Source: Octopus vulgaris
Lineage: Eukaryota
Length of the DNA stretch: 64,000 bases
Direction: 5' to 3'
NCBI GenBank assembly: GCA_951406725.2
Contig: OX597817.1
Coordinates: 37,448,001-37,512,000, forward strand
Below, piece after piece: positions 37,671 to 51,797 of the stretch. A program made the translations under genes and the position numbers. The notes beneath the pieces are model-generated. The model was not told the DNA's origin. It made no database searches and worked only from the letters and a program-made list of their open reading frames with translations. The stretch's first letter is position 1, and every line of letters starts with the position of its first letter.

Positions 37671-39819
37671 CAACTAGACATGGGCACGCTTTGTTTAATA
37701 GAGCAGTTAGCGAGCGGGAATTTTATTTCATTTTATTTTTTGACTGGGCAGCCAAATTGGTTATTGAAATGAATTCCCACATGAAATGACATTTCTGCTC
37801 CATTACACACACACACACACACATACATATACACATACATACATATACACATACACATGTGTACATATACATGTTTATATGTTATGTATAAGCAAACAAG
37901 ATCGCCTACAGTATAAGCACGAGTAACAGTCTCATAAGTATGCGCTGTACGATCCGAACAGATATGACGTCAAAAGCTATATGAGAAAGAGAATGTTTAT
38001 GAGCAATTAATAAGAAACTTTCAAATTATAGTCTAAGATCATTGGTTCATATTATTAAGCATTGTTATTGATGCACCTGGCTATATGACAAAACGCCTAT
38101 AAACTAATCTTATGAAGCTGAATTCTGCGAACATTAGAAGAAATCGATTGTTTTCGCCAAATGTATGTCTACTGCTTGTAGAATCGCCAAATTATGCAAA
38201 AGTTTCCAAGATTGCATAATGAGACATTCTACCATTGTTGTCTAGTATATCGGAATATAATTTTATCAGAATTCTACTTTCCATTTTACATTTTCCATGA
38301 GACAGTTCTATTGCTTTGAAGCGGGGTAGAAAGATATTTTGGAGACATACAATGCACACAACGGACAATAATTACAGTTCACAGCATTTATGAAACATTA
38401 AAAATATCTAAGAAAACCTTTCAGGATTTCAGACACAGATTAAACATTAAATTACTCTGTGAAGTTTACCAGCAGAAAGTTTGTAACTGTCTTGAGAGTT
38501 ACCGTAATTCCTGTGGCTGAATTAAGAAATTCTCTCTTATTTAATCTCTGAAACATTTTACTGATAATAGTGTCTGCAAAAATGTTGAGCTCGACTTTAC
38601 TATTTACAGAGTGGTGATCATGCGACAATAAGTATTAAAAATACATAAATCCTATTTACAAATTAGCGCCATGCAACAAATTTGGTCGCTGGAAAACCAA
38701 TCACCACCAACTTTGTTTTTATGGAATAATTCAAGGGTTCAATGGAGTTTTATCGAATGGTTTACCAATGTTCTTTTGGACAGTTTGCTCTATTTGCCAA
38801 GCTCACAGCAGATTTTAAATTTATCATTGTAATTTAGCGAAACAATCACTGATTATGCGATTGTTGTGCTCTTTATAAGAAATATTTGGTCCTCATCTTG
38901 ACACTTGCCAATATGACAAGATGAACTGGTCCAGAATAAGACTGCTATTGTTACTTGGATCACTAAACATTGATTTTTGTTCAACTTGATCCACTCCACA
39001 TTTTAGAAACACACACACACACATACATACACACAAGCATGAACACGTATATAACAGGAAAGCAAATACAAATAACAAAAAATAAAAAATAACAAAAGTC
39101 CACAAGATGTCCACAGTAAACATTATTAGGATGATACTCAAGGAAGGAAAACAAACTTACAGAGTAAAATTTACAAAGTAAAAGTATGTTTCAGACAAAG
39201 TCCTTCGATAAATACAGAAGAAAAGTTCAGGCGAGACTGGAAACAGAAGGAAAGGTAGAAAAGAGATTAAAATGAAGAAACGTATAAATATGTATTTACA
39301 TATACTTTCGTAACCCTAAACATATGTGTGCATAGCTAAATATGCATAAGCACTACATAGATTTACATATGGTTGTATACATATATTTATACCTTTGTGC
39401 AAATGTATTTATACACTGTATATATATATTCACATATCCACCTGCATGTTTACAGGTAATGAATCATCCCGAACAATTCCTTAATGAGCAGTTTACCTCC
39501 TACCCTACTTCACTATTTGTCTTTCCCTTGTTTATCTCTCACCATGTGATCTTTACCAAATTACGTGTTAGATTCGATCTGTTGTCTGATATGTGAAACT
39601 ATGTTGTCGTTGTAGTTGTTGATGTTGTTTTGATAGTTGAATGACCATAAGGTAAAAGAAATCAGTTTATTTCCCATCGTTGGCCATCAGTTTGTCTTCC
39701 CGTCCCTGGCATCGATGTTGTCACTTACTCCGTGTTGTAGAACTTTTTTCTGCAATTGTGCACAGCAGCTATAAAGTATTTTAAGCGGCAGACACACACA
39801 CACACACACACATACACAC

Positions 39820-39860
<41 letters not shown>

Positions 39861-39867
39861 CACACAC

Positions 39868-40109
39868 ACACATGTACCAACAGAGATCAGCGATATGGTT
39901 AGAGAATTATCACCAAGAAACACCTTGCACACATGTTAAATGTACGCACGACTATTACAGACTCACTCTCACACATACGCGCACACACGCACACACATAC
40001 AGACACACACACATGTACCAACAGAGTTCAGCGACATGGTTAGACAATTATCACCAAGAAACACCTTACACAAAGGTTAAGTGTACGCACATCTATTACA
40101 GACACACTC
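39868..40109. repeat. Tandem duplication, period about 141 bp, (CA)n-bounded
   Basis: CATGTACCAACAGAG.TCAGCGA.ATGGTTAGA.AATTATCACCAAGAAACACCTT occurs twice. Confidence 0.85.
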
Positions 40110-40809
40110 ATTCACATACACATAAATACACTTCCTGGAATGAGACGATTGGGTACAATTGTTCGACAATATTTTTGGCACTGGTGGCAAACACGTGAGC
40201 GCAGAAATGTACACAAGCAAATAAAGTGAATGAAAGGGAGTGAGAGACATCTCAATTCATCCAATAATTCAATAACTGAACAAGATTGACATAAACACTG
40301 TCTCTTCCCTCATACACATAAAAAGAAATATACTCACACATAAACAGAGGGAGGGGAGAGAGCAGGAGACAACGAGAGAAACATTAAACCGTCTAATGTC
40401 AAATAAGTCAGCGTTGAATTAACTATTTCAAAAGGAGTAACACCACAATGGCTTTGTCGAAACGTTTCAAATCTCCATACATGCACAAACGTACGTGCAT
40501 ACTTCCCAACCGCATAAGTATACGTGCCAATGGAAGAGCTTTCAGGTGGTCATAGATCTGCGAGAAATAGCAGACAAATTCCTCCTCATGTAAAATATAC
40601 TGCCTTCTTAAAGAATGAGCACTTTGTTTTACATTGTGAGGAGCAGAATACTCCTGAATCATAGGGTGGACATGGCGGGAATGTCTTTGATTATTGGCCT
40701 GCTTGATGAGGGCTGCTTTAGGTTAAACAACAACAATAACAACAAACATATATGTCACATACAATGATTGTTTCTGTAAGTTAATCAGGGGACGAGAAAA
40801 AATGAATTT

Positions 40810-41130
40810 AATGGACGAGTGGATAGGTGAGTAATTAGGATGTTAGCTCTGTAATCTTGAAGTCCCCGGTTCGATCCCACCGCTTTGCATTCAGAGAAGC
40901 CGCGAACTGACCCAAGCCTTGTTAGTTAAATTGGTTAGACGGAGACTGTAAGAAACTCGTCGAATAGATCGCATCTCGAATTCAAAGGTCCGTCCGTGCC
41001 GCACATTGTGTCAAGCTGATATGGTTTGGGAATAATTTTAAGGAACACATGTTTCTGGTATACTCAGCCACTTATACGTTAACTTAACGAGTTAGTTGTT
41101 CAGTGTATCTTGCAACTGAACGCTCACAAG
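40810..41130 (+). mobile_element. Old chimeric SINE: family A-like body with D' tail
   Basis: GGTTCGATCCC B box; CCAAGCCTTGT.AGT..ATTGG.TAGACGGA (A body); TACTCAGCCACTT..ACGTTAA (D' tail). Confidence 0.55.
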
Positions 41131-41220
41131 GGAAACTGATGGAGGTTCCAATAGTAATGACCTTGAGCTTTATAGACTCTGACCAATGAAGTGTGACATG
41201 ATTAAATATATTTATATATA

Positions 41221-41439
41221 CTCTTTTACTCTCTTTTACTCTTTTACTTGTTTCAGTCATTTGACTGCGGCCATGCTGGAGCACCGCCTTTAGTCGAGCA
41301 ACTCGACCTCGGGACTTATTCTTTGTAAGCCCAGTACTTATTCTATCGGTCTCTTTTGCCGAACCGCTAAGTGACGGGGGCGTAAACACACCAGCATCGG
41401 TTGTCAAGCAATACTAGGGGGACAAACACAGACACACAA

Positions 41440-41472
<33 letters not shown>

Positions 41473-41636
41473 CGACAGGCTTCTCTCAGTTTCCATCTAC
41501 AAAATCCACTAACAAGACATTGGTCGGCCCAGGGCTATAGCAGAAGACACTTGCCCAAGATGCCACGCAGTGGGACTGAACCCGAAACCATGTGGTTGGT
41601 TAGCAAGCTACTTACCACACAGCCACTCCTGTGCCC
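41221..41636 (-). mobile_element. SINE family A
   Basis: Collinear with other A copies; (CTCTTTTA)n tail. Confidence 0.88.
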
Positions 41637-41667
<31 letters not shown>

Positions 41668-41695
41668 TACATGATCAGTTGTGCTGAAGTACACA

Positions 41696-41775
<80 letters not shown>

Positions 41776-41878
41776 GAGGAAGATATACTGTAAATGTTGA
41801 TGACTGACGTTTACTCGTTTAGCGGATCGTAAGCGGCAAATTGGCAGAACTGGTAGAACATCAGACAAAATGCTTTTC

Positions 41879-41942
<64 letters not shown>

Positions 41943-42848
41943 CTTTCAAATCGGCGGAAAAAATGTACGAATCCTAGATGATAAACAGGTAAATTGGTGG
42001 AACTGTAACAATGTCGGACCGCATGCTTTGCAGTACTCGCTCTGCTTGTGAATTCAAATCCTGCAATGGCTTACTTGGACGGTAGACACAATCCAACAAC
42101 GAGTTTTAGCACCAACGCTTGATATATTCTGAGCGCATTTAGCGGTATTGTCAGTATTCAAGCCATATTCCTAATGTTTAAGAATACCTAACTCCTACAT
42201 GTCTCGAAATCCCTATAAAAGGTCATAAACACTACTTACCTTGCTAACTGAAAAATGAAATCAGTTATTTGTGAAGAATTTAATTCCATGTCGTGTGTTG
42301 TTCTTATCCCGGATTCTTCACAGTGACGGGAAATTAGTTTGGAGACATCAATCAAATGAAAATAGCCTGTGAATTGAACCCTTATATTAGACTTGGGTTG
42401 ACAAGAGCTTTCTTTCATTCTACACAGTCTGTGGTAGTATCTACGCCGTCGGTTGACATGCTAGAAATATTTACCAAGGCTCTCTTGCATTACATCCTTT
42501 CATCTCATGATGCAATGACAAGCAGGTCATGTTACTACAGAACGTAATCCTACATACTGCTAAAAGGAGCAACTGAAATCCCTTGGGTTGTGCCTACGGT
42601 TAATCATGGCTGAACTAAGGTTAAATAATCTCAATAACAACACTACCTCGCACAGCTACCAGTCAGCAAACAAGTAATACAAAAACAAATCAGACAGAAA
42701 ATACATACAAGTCCTTATTCATATAAGACCAAATCTGTACCCTGGTTTCTCATCTTACCACCACCGCCTGTACTCAAGTAACTTTAGTGGGGTCTACCCT
42801 TTAGCAATCATTCTTACCATATTTCTGTTTCGACAATACCTTCCGTCT

Positions 42849-42903
<55 letters not shown>

Positions 42904-43176
42904 TCTCAGAGCCTTTGTAATGCGTATTGTCTCCTCTCTTGATTATATATGCATTACTAAAGACACACCTAACTTTGCAAAAGTGACAGGAACACGCACT
43001 TACACATACTGACAAAGCCTGTTTACAAACACATGGTAAACCTATTGGTTACTGGTAACTTTACACACATTCATACAATGATTAAATAAATGCATTACTT
43101 CTGTTGTTGTTGAAGTTATATTATATCTTGCTTTTCTTTCCACAGCTCTCACTCACACACGCTCCTCTCCATCTGT

Positions 43177-43224
<48 letters not shown>

Positions 43225-43230
<6 letters not shown>

Positions 43231-43480
43231 TTGCGCCCTTTTAAAGCCTAGCCAGGCTCATGGGCCCGGTTTCCTGGTTTCAATGGCGCATGTGTTCCCC
43301 AGCTGGACGGGACGCCAGTCCGTCACAGCGTTACTTTTTTTGCCAGCTGAGTGGACTGGAGCAACGTGAAATGAAGTTGTTTTGCTCAAGAACACAACGC
43401 GTCGCCCGGTCCAGGAATCGAAACCACAATTTTACGATCATGATGCTGACACCCTAACCACTAAGCCACGCGCCTCCACA
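43225..43480 (-). mobile_element. SINE family D
   Basis: Near-identical to 53040-53301; lies within (TA)n. Confidence 0.88.
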
Positions 43481-43499
43481 TATATATATATATATGTTT

Positions 43500-43748
43500 G
43501 TATCACTGTAATGATCAGCGGATGTTGTTACATTCCGATGGTCACAATGCATGAAAGCGCATTGTCATAGCTTTGGAATAATACCAGCCTACCGCGTAGG
43601 TGGACAGGACAACACTCCTCCTGAGTGGATTGGAGCAACGTGAAATGATGTGTTTTGCTCAAGAACACAGTGCACAGCTGGTCAGGAAATCGAAACCGCA
43701 ATCTTGCAATCGCAAGTGCAACACCTTAACCATAAGATTACGCACCTT
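43500..43748 (-). mobile_element. SINE with D head and a tail like that of 62790-63100
   Basis: GATGTTGTTACATTCCGATGGTCACAATGC versus GATGTTGCTACACATCGCTGGTCACAATGC. Confidence 0.6.
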
Positions 43749-44730
43749 CGAGTGTGTGTGTGTGTTTGTGTATGTGTGTGTATAACATTGTTCTATTTCG
43801 TTGTAGCGGAACGCTGCTAATGAAGGCAAATGCAGCCATAAAAATCCCACAGACCTTCCATCAATTTTCAATTCTCAATAGAAGCCATTGTCTAACTATG
43901 CTTAATTACATAAGCGACACAATATGTCATTTTTTCCATTCTTAAAACATTAAACAGTTGTGCAAAATCAAAAGAGGGCATGCTGTTGCTGCTATTGTTG
44001 CTATTGTTCATGCCCAGTTTAGCCCTGATCAAAGGCGTTCCAATCGTGTCCAATCCTATCATGTGTTATTTGTTATTGCTTATTTTTCTCTTCATCTATA
44101 TACAGCAACATTTTTTTAGGTAGATTTGTCTACTGTTTGTAGTTGGAATAATTTAAGCTTTCTATATACGTTATTATTAATGCTATTGTGAGGAAAGCTT
44201 CAATATTACATTATACAATTTCCCTCTCTAGTAAACCTAATGACAAATTAGATTGTAATGTTTTATTCAGTTATGGTAACAAACAAGCCTTTATAAACAT
44301 TGATTACCCATATTTGAATAATCATCATGGAGGCGACAGAGTAGTCAATCAAATCATATTGTACCTAGCTTTATCGATTCTGAGATTTATACGAACAAAA
44401 TTTAAACTACCGAAACTGGAACTACATTGATGTGGTGACAATGTATTTCAACTGATAATTCACTTCTGTCGCGCGGATCCTATCGTTGGGTGGAGATTTG
44501 GCCAGAAAAACCGATTCTGAGCGAGTGACAGAGAAGCTTCATCAACCCTAGCGCTATTGCTCTTGGACTGGGACCTTATTTAACGAACCACAAAGGGTGA
44601 AAGGCAAATTTTACTTCAACGAGATTTGAATTTAAGAGTACACACAGCCTGAACTAATAACGCAAAGATCTATAGCCGGCGCTCCAGTGAATCTGAAAAT
44701 TCTCCACATTTTAATTGCATTATTACCTTA

Positions 44731-45166
44731 CTAGTATTATAACCTGATTTCATCCGGGTCTACTTTGGCCACATTTTGAAGATGAGGAATTTTTAAAAAA
44801 ACACGAAAATTTTATAAAAAATTTAAAAGAAAATGAGGGCAAAAAGCACTCGTTTTTTTCACAATGAAAAATTATTTCCTAGTAGCCGAAATTTCGCGAC
44901 AAAATATATACTTATTACGCACAACAGCCTGCAGTGCATGCCGCTGGACATTAAAAGCCAATCGCACAAACCTAGAGGGGCTCTGGGCCCCCTTGAATCG
45001 ATAAAAAATCACTCTTTTTGCCATAGCAACTACATCTTTATAGCTTGCGGATTTTAACCATCGCGGCCAATTTTCAGCTCGATACTAGCCTCGGTTTGGC
45101 CGCCATTAACCGTCAAAGTGAATTGTGTATACAATTTTCGTCCAAGGACTCTTTTATAGATATAGA
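44731..45166 (-). mobile_element. Non-autonomous Helitron
   Basis: On the minus strand A|TCTATATCTATAAAAG ... imperfect hairpin ACCCGGATGAAATCAGGT ... CTAG|T: canonical ends and an A/T insertion site. Confidence 0.75.
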
Positions 45167-45564
45167 TTATTGAAACAACAATGTAGTGTAATTTGCTTGA
45201 TAGCTGCTAGATGTTCTTAGTAGACCGAGCAAGTAGATAGTGGTTATGTCTGAAGATAGATAGTTCCATCAGGTTTAAATGTCAAAGACATGCCATCAGT
45301 ATATTACACAATGTTGCTCTAGATGCATTATATCTGAATAAAGGTAGAGTTCTCACCTGGAAGGTTGTTAATCATGGCCCAAATCTATCAGTATTTACTT
45401 GGTAAATTTAACGGATTTGGCTGCTATTTCTAGCAAGATGATCAACCACGTACAAATCCCATCATTGGCTCGCCATTGTTGTCTTCTTCTTCTTCTTCCT
45501 CCTCCTCCAATCACGACATTAGCCACAAAGAATACTCTCTAATTCGACCTTACTCTAAGCTACT

Positions 45565-45949
45565 AAGAATGCGTGTGGCAACATGAAGATCCAACCACCA
45601 CACGCGATAGACTGGCGGTTGCATGGACGCGGAAGCTACGTTGTTATCCTCATTCCGTAAACGGTGGCTTTTAACGGGTGAAGAGATGAACCATCCTGGG
45701 GTGCAGAGGATTCGCAATCTAGACCAGGGTCTGAAAGTTTACCACACCATAGTGGGTTACACCATGGCTCCTCTTCTTTGTGGCAGAAGTAGGAAGAAAA
45801 AGCGAGAGAAAGTTGGGATGAAAGAGTACCCCTCCCCGCTAAGGTGTTTTTGCTCAATAAACACTCACAATGCCCGGTCTGGGAATCGAAACCGCGTTCT
45901 TACGACCAACGAGTCCGCTGTCCTAACCACTGGGTCATTGCGCCTCCAC
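45565..45949 (-). mobile_element. SINE with family C head and a third tail type
   Basis: Head GTGGAGGCGCAATGACCCAGTGG...GGTTTCGATTCCCAGACCGGG; tail unlike other C copies, left boundary uncertain. Confidence 0.65.
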
Positions 45950-46688
45950 TGTCGTTGTTGTTGATGTTATTGTTGTCGTCTAACCTAGATCAACCCTGAT
46001 CAAGTAGACTTCTGTTTAAAGTCTATTCAGTAGCATTCCAACAGTAACCATCTCTTCCTCCATGGAATATGTGTTTACCTAAAGAAAAGTTTCTGGTGCA
46101 CTACACTATGTCTGAATAAAGGTAGGAGTGATGACAAGTGTAAGATTGTAAGATTGTTAATCATAAACCTCCTCTGTCAGTGTTTATTTGCGGTTATATA
46201 CAACCAAGAATAATAACAACTGGTATGTATTTAACGGGCTCCATAGTGGTGAAACACCGAGCAGACCGCGGTATTTGAATAATGAACCAGTGAAATAAAT
46301 CTTACCATTGCCTCGAATCGACTCGGTCCCTGTGAGTGAAATTGAGTAGACGGAGATTGTAATTCAAAGGCCCACTCTTGTCATGCTGTGTCATTGTCTC
46401 ATTCTACTTGAGAATTACGTTAAGGGCGCCCCTGTCTGTGGAATACTCAGCCACGTTTTAAGTTCTTTTAATGAATAGTTGGTTCAGTTGATGGAGTAAG
46501 TGGACTTCCATATGTAGTTCCCGACAGAGACTACTCTGTGTGTGTACGTGTGCGTGTGTGTCTGTGTGTGTGTCTGTGTGTATGCGTGCGTACGTGCGTG
46601 TGTGTGTCTGTGTGCGTACGTGCGTGTGTGTGTGATTAGAGCTAAATTATACGAATATGATTCTACATAAAATTGATTATATATTAAG

Positions 46689-46909
46689 CCCTTTGGCATT
46701 TAAACCAGCCATATCAGGCTGAAATATTCTACCTTTCTTTAAGTTCAAATTAGCTAGATACGGCCTTTCGCACCTCCTAAACAATGTCATTCTAATAAAT
46801 AAATCATCACATCAATGAAATCTCGAAGCTATGAAATAACGCATATTAATTCAAAACAATGTGAACAGATAAGCAGTACAACTGACAGGAGAATCTGAAA
46901 GCCAAAGGG
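46689..46909. mobile_element. piggyBac-type MITE
   Basis: TTAA(G)CCCTTTGGC ... GCCAAAGGG-TTAA. Confidence 0.7.
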
Positions 46910-47115
46910 TTAAAAAATCAAACAGAAATGAAACTAGCATCGCCCCTGTCGAAGAGTATCTGAGAATTTGTGCGCGTATGTGTGTATTTATGCTTGCATA
47001 AATACACTATATAAACACACTATATATAACACACGTATATATATGTGTTTACTTAAAATTATAAGGTGTACATATATATATGTGTGTGTATGTGTGTGTG
47101 CGCGCGCGCGCGCGT

Positions 47116-47170
<55 letters not shown>

Positions 47171-47562
47171 CATGTTTTGAATGTTTACCCTTGGGTTCAC
47201 CTTTACTCACCAAAAACTACAAAATGTTTTTCCCGGCACACCACACCATCAGCAGTCCTAGTTATGCTTATCTCCGTTTCGAAACCCATTTTCGGCATTG
47301 CAAAGGTCGAATCTGATCAACTAAACTGCTTCAATAAAAGGTTATATTCTTTACACGCCGGACGTCTAATGGTTGTTACAGCAATTCTTGTATTCAAACA
47401 TCGTACTATTCTAGTTTTTACTGCCATTTTATTACGCACTCTGAAAGAGGGAAAATAAAATATAATCAAAAACGAAAGCCAGAAACTGAAAAGAGAATGG
47501 AAATAAAAAAAATTTATAGAAGAAAGTTCTAGAACTACAAAATGAATTCGTAACGATAATTT

Positions 47563-47565
47563 ATG

Positions 47566-47663
<98 letters not shown>

Positions 47664-47705
47664 TTGTGTGTGTCTATATATATATATATATATGTATATG
47701 TATAT

Positions 47706-47737
<32 letters not shown>

Positions 47738-47791
47738 GTATATGTATATTTGTGTGTGTCTATATATATATATATATATGTATATGTATAT

Positions 47792-47825
<34 letters not shown>

Positions 47826-47837
47826 GTATATGTATAT

Positions 47838-47869
<32 letters not shown>

Positions 47870-47876
47870 GTATATT

Positions 47877-47926
<50 letters not shown>

Positions 47927-47930
47927 TATT

Positions 47931-47977
<47 letters not shown>

Positions 47978-47994
47978 GTATATTTGTGTGTGTC

Positions 47995-48026
<32 letters not shown>

Positions 48027-48155
48027 AATATTTTTATGTATGTATGAAAATATGAATATATATATACATATATATATATACATATGTGTGTGTGTGTGTG
48101 TGTGAATATTTTTATGTATGTATGAAAATATGAATATATATATATATATATATAT
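47563..48155. repeat. Higher-order microsatellite, unit (TA)n-TGTATATGTATATTTGTGTGTGTC
   Basis: About 8 repeats of the compound unit. Confidence 0.9.
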
Positions 48156-48727
48156 TTATGATACTGATAGTTACGATGAATTTTATGAACACATACTTTT
48201 CAAAAATGTGCAAATCTCGTTGCCTAAAAAATTTAGTAATGAGCCAAAGGATGTAAATGAAAGTTTGGAGGATTTGTAAAAACATAAAGTATAAAAATAG
48301 TGCGTTTGAACGAAATGCATTACAGTATTTTAAAACATAATTTTACGTTCTGAGTTTTAAATCCTGCCAGAATCAACTCGACCTTAGATCGTGATACAGT
48401 GTTATTCTGAGTATAAAGAAAGATAGTATAGTGTTTTACCATATACCTACTTTAACTGACCAGGAGTTAAGCAACATCCAAACACGATAGCATTGATTTG
48501 AACCCATTATACTCCTGTTCCCAGCACGATTCATTTCAATTTGCAGCTGAGAGCATAGAAAGTTGAATCTAACAACTAGATCTGCACTATATCGCTTTAG
48601 TCGTGATAGTAGTAGCAGCAGCTGTAGTAATTAATAGTGGCGGTGGTGGTGCTAGTGGTGGCGGCGACACTAGTAGTAGCAGTAATAGAATAGTGGTGGT
48701 GGTGGTGCTTGTTGCAGCAGTAGTAAT

Positions 48728-49038
48728 ATTTTTTTTTTTTGCTCTTTCTAGAGCCATGCCTGACTAATTAGGGCCGGTTTTCCGGTTTCCTTGGCGTATA
48801 GGTTCCCCAGCTGGACGGGACGCCGGTCCGCCGCAGATGAGCTGCAAGATGCAGGAGAAAAGAGAGAGAGAAAGTTGTGGCGAAAGTGTCAGCAGAAGTT
48901 CGCCATTACCTTCTGCCAGAACCAACTGGCACTTAGGTGTTTCGCTCAAAAACACACACATCGCCCGGTCTGAGAATCGAACCCGCGATCCCTCGACCGC
49001 GAGTCCGCTGCTCTAACCACTTGGCCATGTGCCTCCGC
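48728..49038 (-). mobile_element. Chimeric SINE: family C head with family D tail and poly(A)
   Basis: C head (GCAGCGGACTCGCGGTCG) plus D tail (GGCGTCCCGTCCAGCTGGGGAAC); TSD-like TAGTAATATT on both sides. Confidence 0.8.
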
Positions 49039-49460
49039 AGTTAGTAATATTACAAGTGGTTTGCTTCTTTTAAACCCTAAGTCATTGCCTGATCATGCAG
49101 ATCTACAATCCAAAGCTATGACCTTCTTACGTTTGTATATTTAGGACTACATCTGGAAACGACACGGAGTGATATGAATGAGATTTTGGTTACTTTTCCA
49201 GGCTTGTTTGTTGGAGTAGCCACATTAATGGTTAGCAAGCAAGAGTAATTGTTAGTTGTTGTTGATATCGTTGATCAGCCCCAGATCAACCGTGATCAGA
49301 ACTGGCTGTGAGTAAAGTCGCTACCTCTATAGCCATCCTGTATATTTCTATAACATTTTAGCGTCTTTACGCCATTTGTCTACAACGAGAAATTTTCTCC
49401 GTGACAAAATACAGAGAATGGCTTTCTTACAGACTCGGATATGTTCCAAACACATTCGAC

Positions 49461-49671
49461 CTCTCTCTCTCTCTACTCTTTACTTGTTTCAGTCATTTGA
49501 CTGCGGCCATGCCGGAGCACCGCCTTTAGTCGAGCAAATCGACCCCGTGACTTATTCTTTGTAAGCCTAGTACTTATTCTATCGGTCCCTTTTGCCGAAC
49601 CGCTAGGTTACAGGGACGTAAACACACCAGCACTGGTTGTCAGGCAATGCTAGGACAAACACAGACACACA

Positions 49672-49746
<75 letters not shown>

Positions 49747-49921
49747 CATATATGCATATATACGACGGGTTTCTTTCAGTTTCCGTCTATCAAATCCACT
49801 CACAAGGTTTTGGTCGGCCCGAGGCTATAGTAGAAGACACTTGCCCAAGATGCCACGCAGTGGGACTGAACCCGGAACCATGAGGCTGGTAAGCAAGCTA
49901 CTTACCACACAGCCACTCCTG
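49461..49921 (-). mobile_element. SINE family A
   Basis: Collinear with other A copies; long internal (CA)n(TA)n. Confidence 0.88.
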
Positions 49922-49967
49922 GTAATAACATCCTCGTGATTGCATAACAGGAGCTACATTGTTCAAT

Positions 49968-50450
49968 GTTACTCTTTTACTCGTTTCAGCCATGCTGCTG
50001 CGGTCTTGCTGGAGCACCACCATGTATGCATTTTTGTTTTATATATATTCTTTTACTCTTTTACTTGTTTCCGTCATTTGACTGCAGCCATGCTGGAGCA
50101 CCGCCTTTAGTCGAGCAAATCGATCCCGGGACTTATTCTTTTGTAAGCCCAGTACTTATTCTATCGGTCTCTTGCCGAACCGTTAAGTGACGGGGACGTA
50201 AACACACCAGCATCGGTTGTCAAGCAATGCTAGGGGGACAAACACAGACACGCAAATACACACACACATACATATATATATATACATATATACGACAGGC
50301 TTCTTTCAGTTTCCGTCTACCAAATCCACTCACAAGGCATTGGTCGGCCCGGGGGCTATAGCAGAAGACACTTGCCCAAGATGCCACGCAGTGGGACTGA
50401 ACCATGTGGTTGGTTAGCAAGCTACTTACCACACAGCCACTCCTGCGCCT
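49968..50450 (-). mobile_element. SINE family A (50048-50450) preceded by an isolated A tail fragment
   Basis: Collinear with other A copies. Confidence 0.85.
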
Positions 50451-51570
50451 ATATATATATATATATATTTTTACTTAAGACGGTTGGATGTAATTTGGCA
50501 GAGATTTCGTTGCTATTTCTAGCAAGACAAACCACCGTGCAGAGGTTCCTTTGCAGTAGGTTGTAAAAACAATTATGGCGATGCCAATTGTCTTTGGAGT
50601 GAATATCCTATTAGAAATACTGTTAACCTGTTGTTGCTATTGTTGTTGTTATTGCCGCTGTTTTTGTAATTATTCTTGTTATTATCCCTGTTATTGTTCG
50701 CGCTGTCATTAGCAGGCGCTACAGCAGCAATGTTCTTCAGCGAGTTAAATCCACAGGTGTTCTTGGCGTTATTAATTCCCGATTATTCTAATTTTCTTCC
50801 ACTGACTTACCCCTGACTTGCAATCATGTAGAGAAACAACCATCTTTAAATGCTTCTTCCATCCGGATAACCTTCTCTTAATGAATTCAAATTACATTTT
50901 AAAAACAACATTAGACGACGTTAGACCAATAAACGAAAGAGTGCAGCGTAAACAAATTGCTCCGATGAAGTATAACCGAGATAATAGTTTCACGTTTGGC
51001 ACAAGTCCAGCAATTTTGAAGGTAGGGGGTGTAATGAATACCAACGACCCCCAATATTTGACTGGTACTTCATTTTCTCGATCCCGAAGTATGAGCGAAA
51101 AAGTTTACTTCGACAGAATTTGAACCCATAACTTAAAGAGCGAGAAGAAATACCACTAAACATTGTTTTGTTTTTTGTGGTGGGTTGTTTTGTTTTGGGT
51201 TTTTTTTGGGGGGTTTTTTCGAGGCTTTTACGATTCTTTTCGCTCGCTGCTTTTGTGTCAGAGATAATATAAGTGGTATTCATTCAGGGACTAACTGACA
51301 ACTTGCGATACATCTTCCCTTGTTTATCACTGAACCATCCATCACTAATTCGGGTCAACACAGTACGTTTAGTACGTGAGCCATGTTGCGCTTATTACAA
51401 ATTGATTCTGCTTGGATAGCAACAGAAATTCCCTATTGGCACGTTGTCGTTGTTATTCCTTGACAGACCAGTTCTGATGGAGTAAAACCTATGATAAAAA
51501 ATGTTCCAGCCATGACCATCCCGTCATTTTTAAAGACGTTATAGTATAATTCCAGAGAAATTTCGTATCT

Positions 51571-51797
51571 GGCGAGCTGGTAGAAACGTTAGCACGCCGG
51601 GCGAAATGCTTAGTGGTATTTCGTCTGCCGTTACGTTCTGAGTTCAAATTCCGCCGAGGTCGACTTTGCCTTTCATCCTTTCGGGGTCGATAAATAAAGT
51701 ACCAGTTTCACACCAGTGCGATGTAATCGACTTAATCCGTTTGTCTGTCCTTGTTTGTCCCCTCTATGTTTAGCCCCTTGTGGGCAATAAAGAAATA
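51571..51797 (+). mobile_element. SINE family B, tail type 1, with ~31-bp imperfect TSD
   Basis: TATAGTATAATTC.AGAGAAATT..GTATCT at 51540-51570 and 51798-51828. Confidence 0.88.

Noticed and set aside
38240-38330. Possible hAT dimerisation-domain relic (FYCFEAG)
   Set aside because: One short motif with no supporting frame or TIRs
43405-43480. tRNA-like sequence at SINE heads
   Set aside because: A/B boxes run straight into the SINE body with no complete cloverleaf; not tRNA genes
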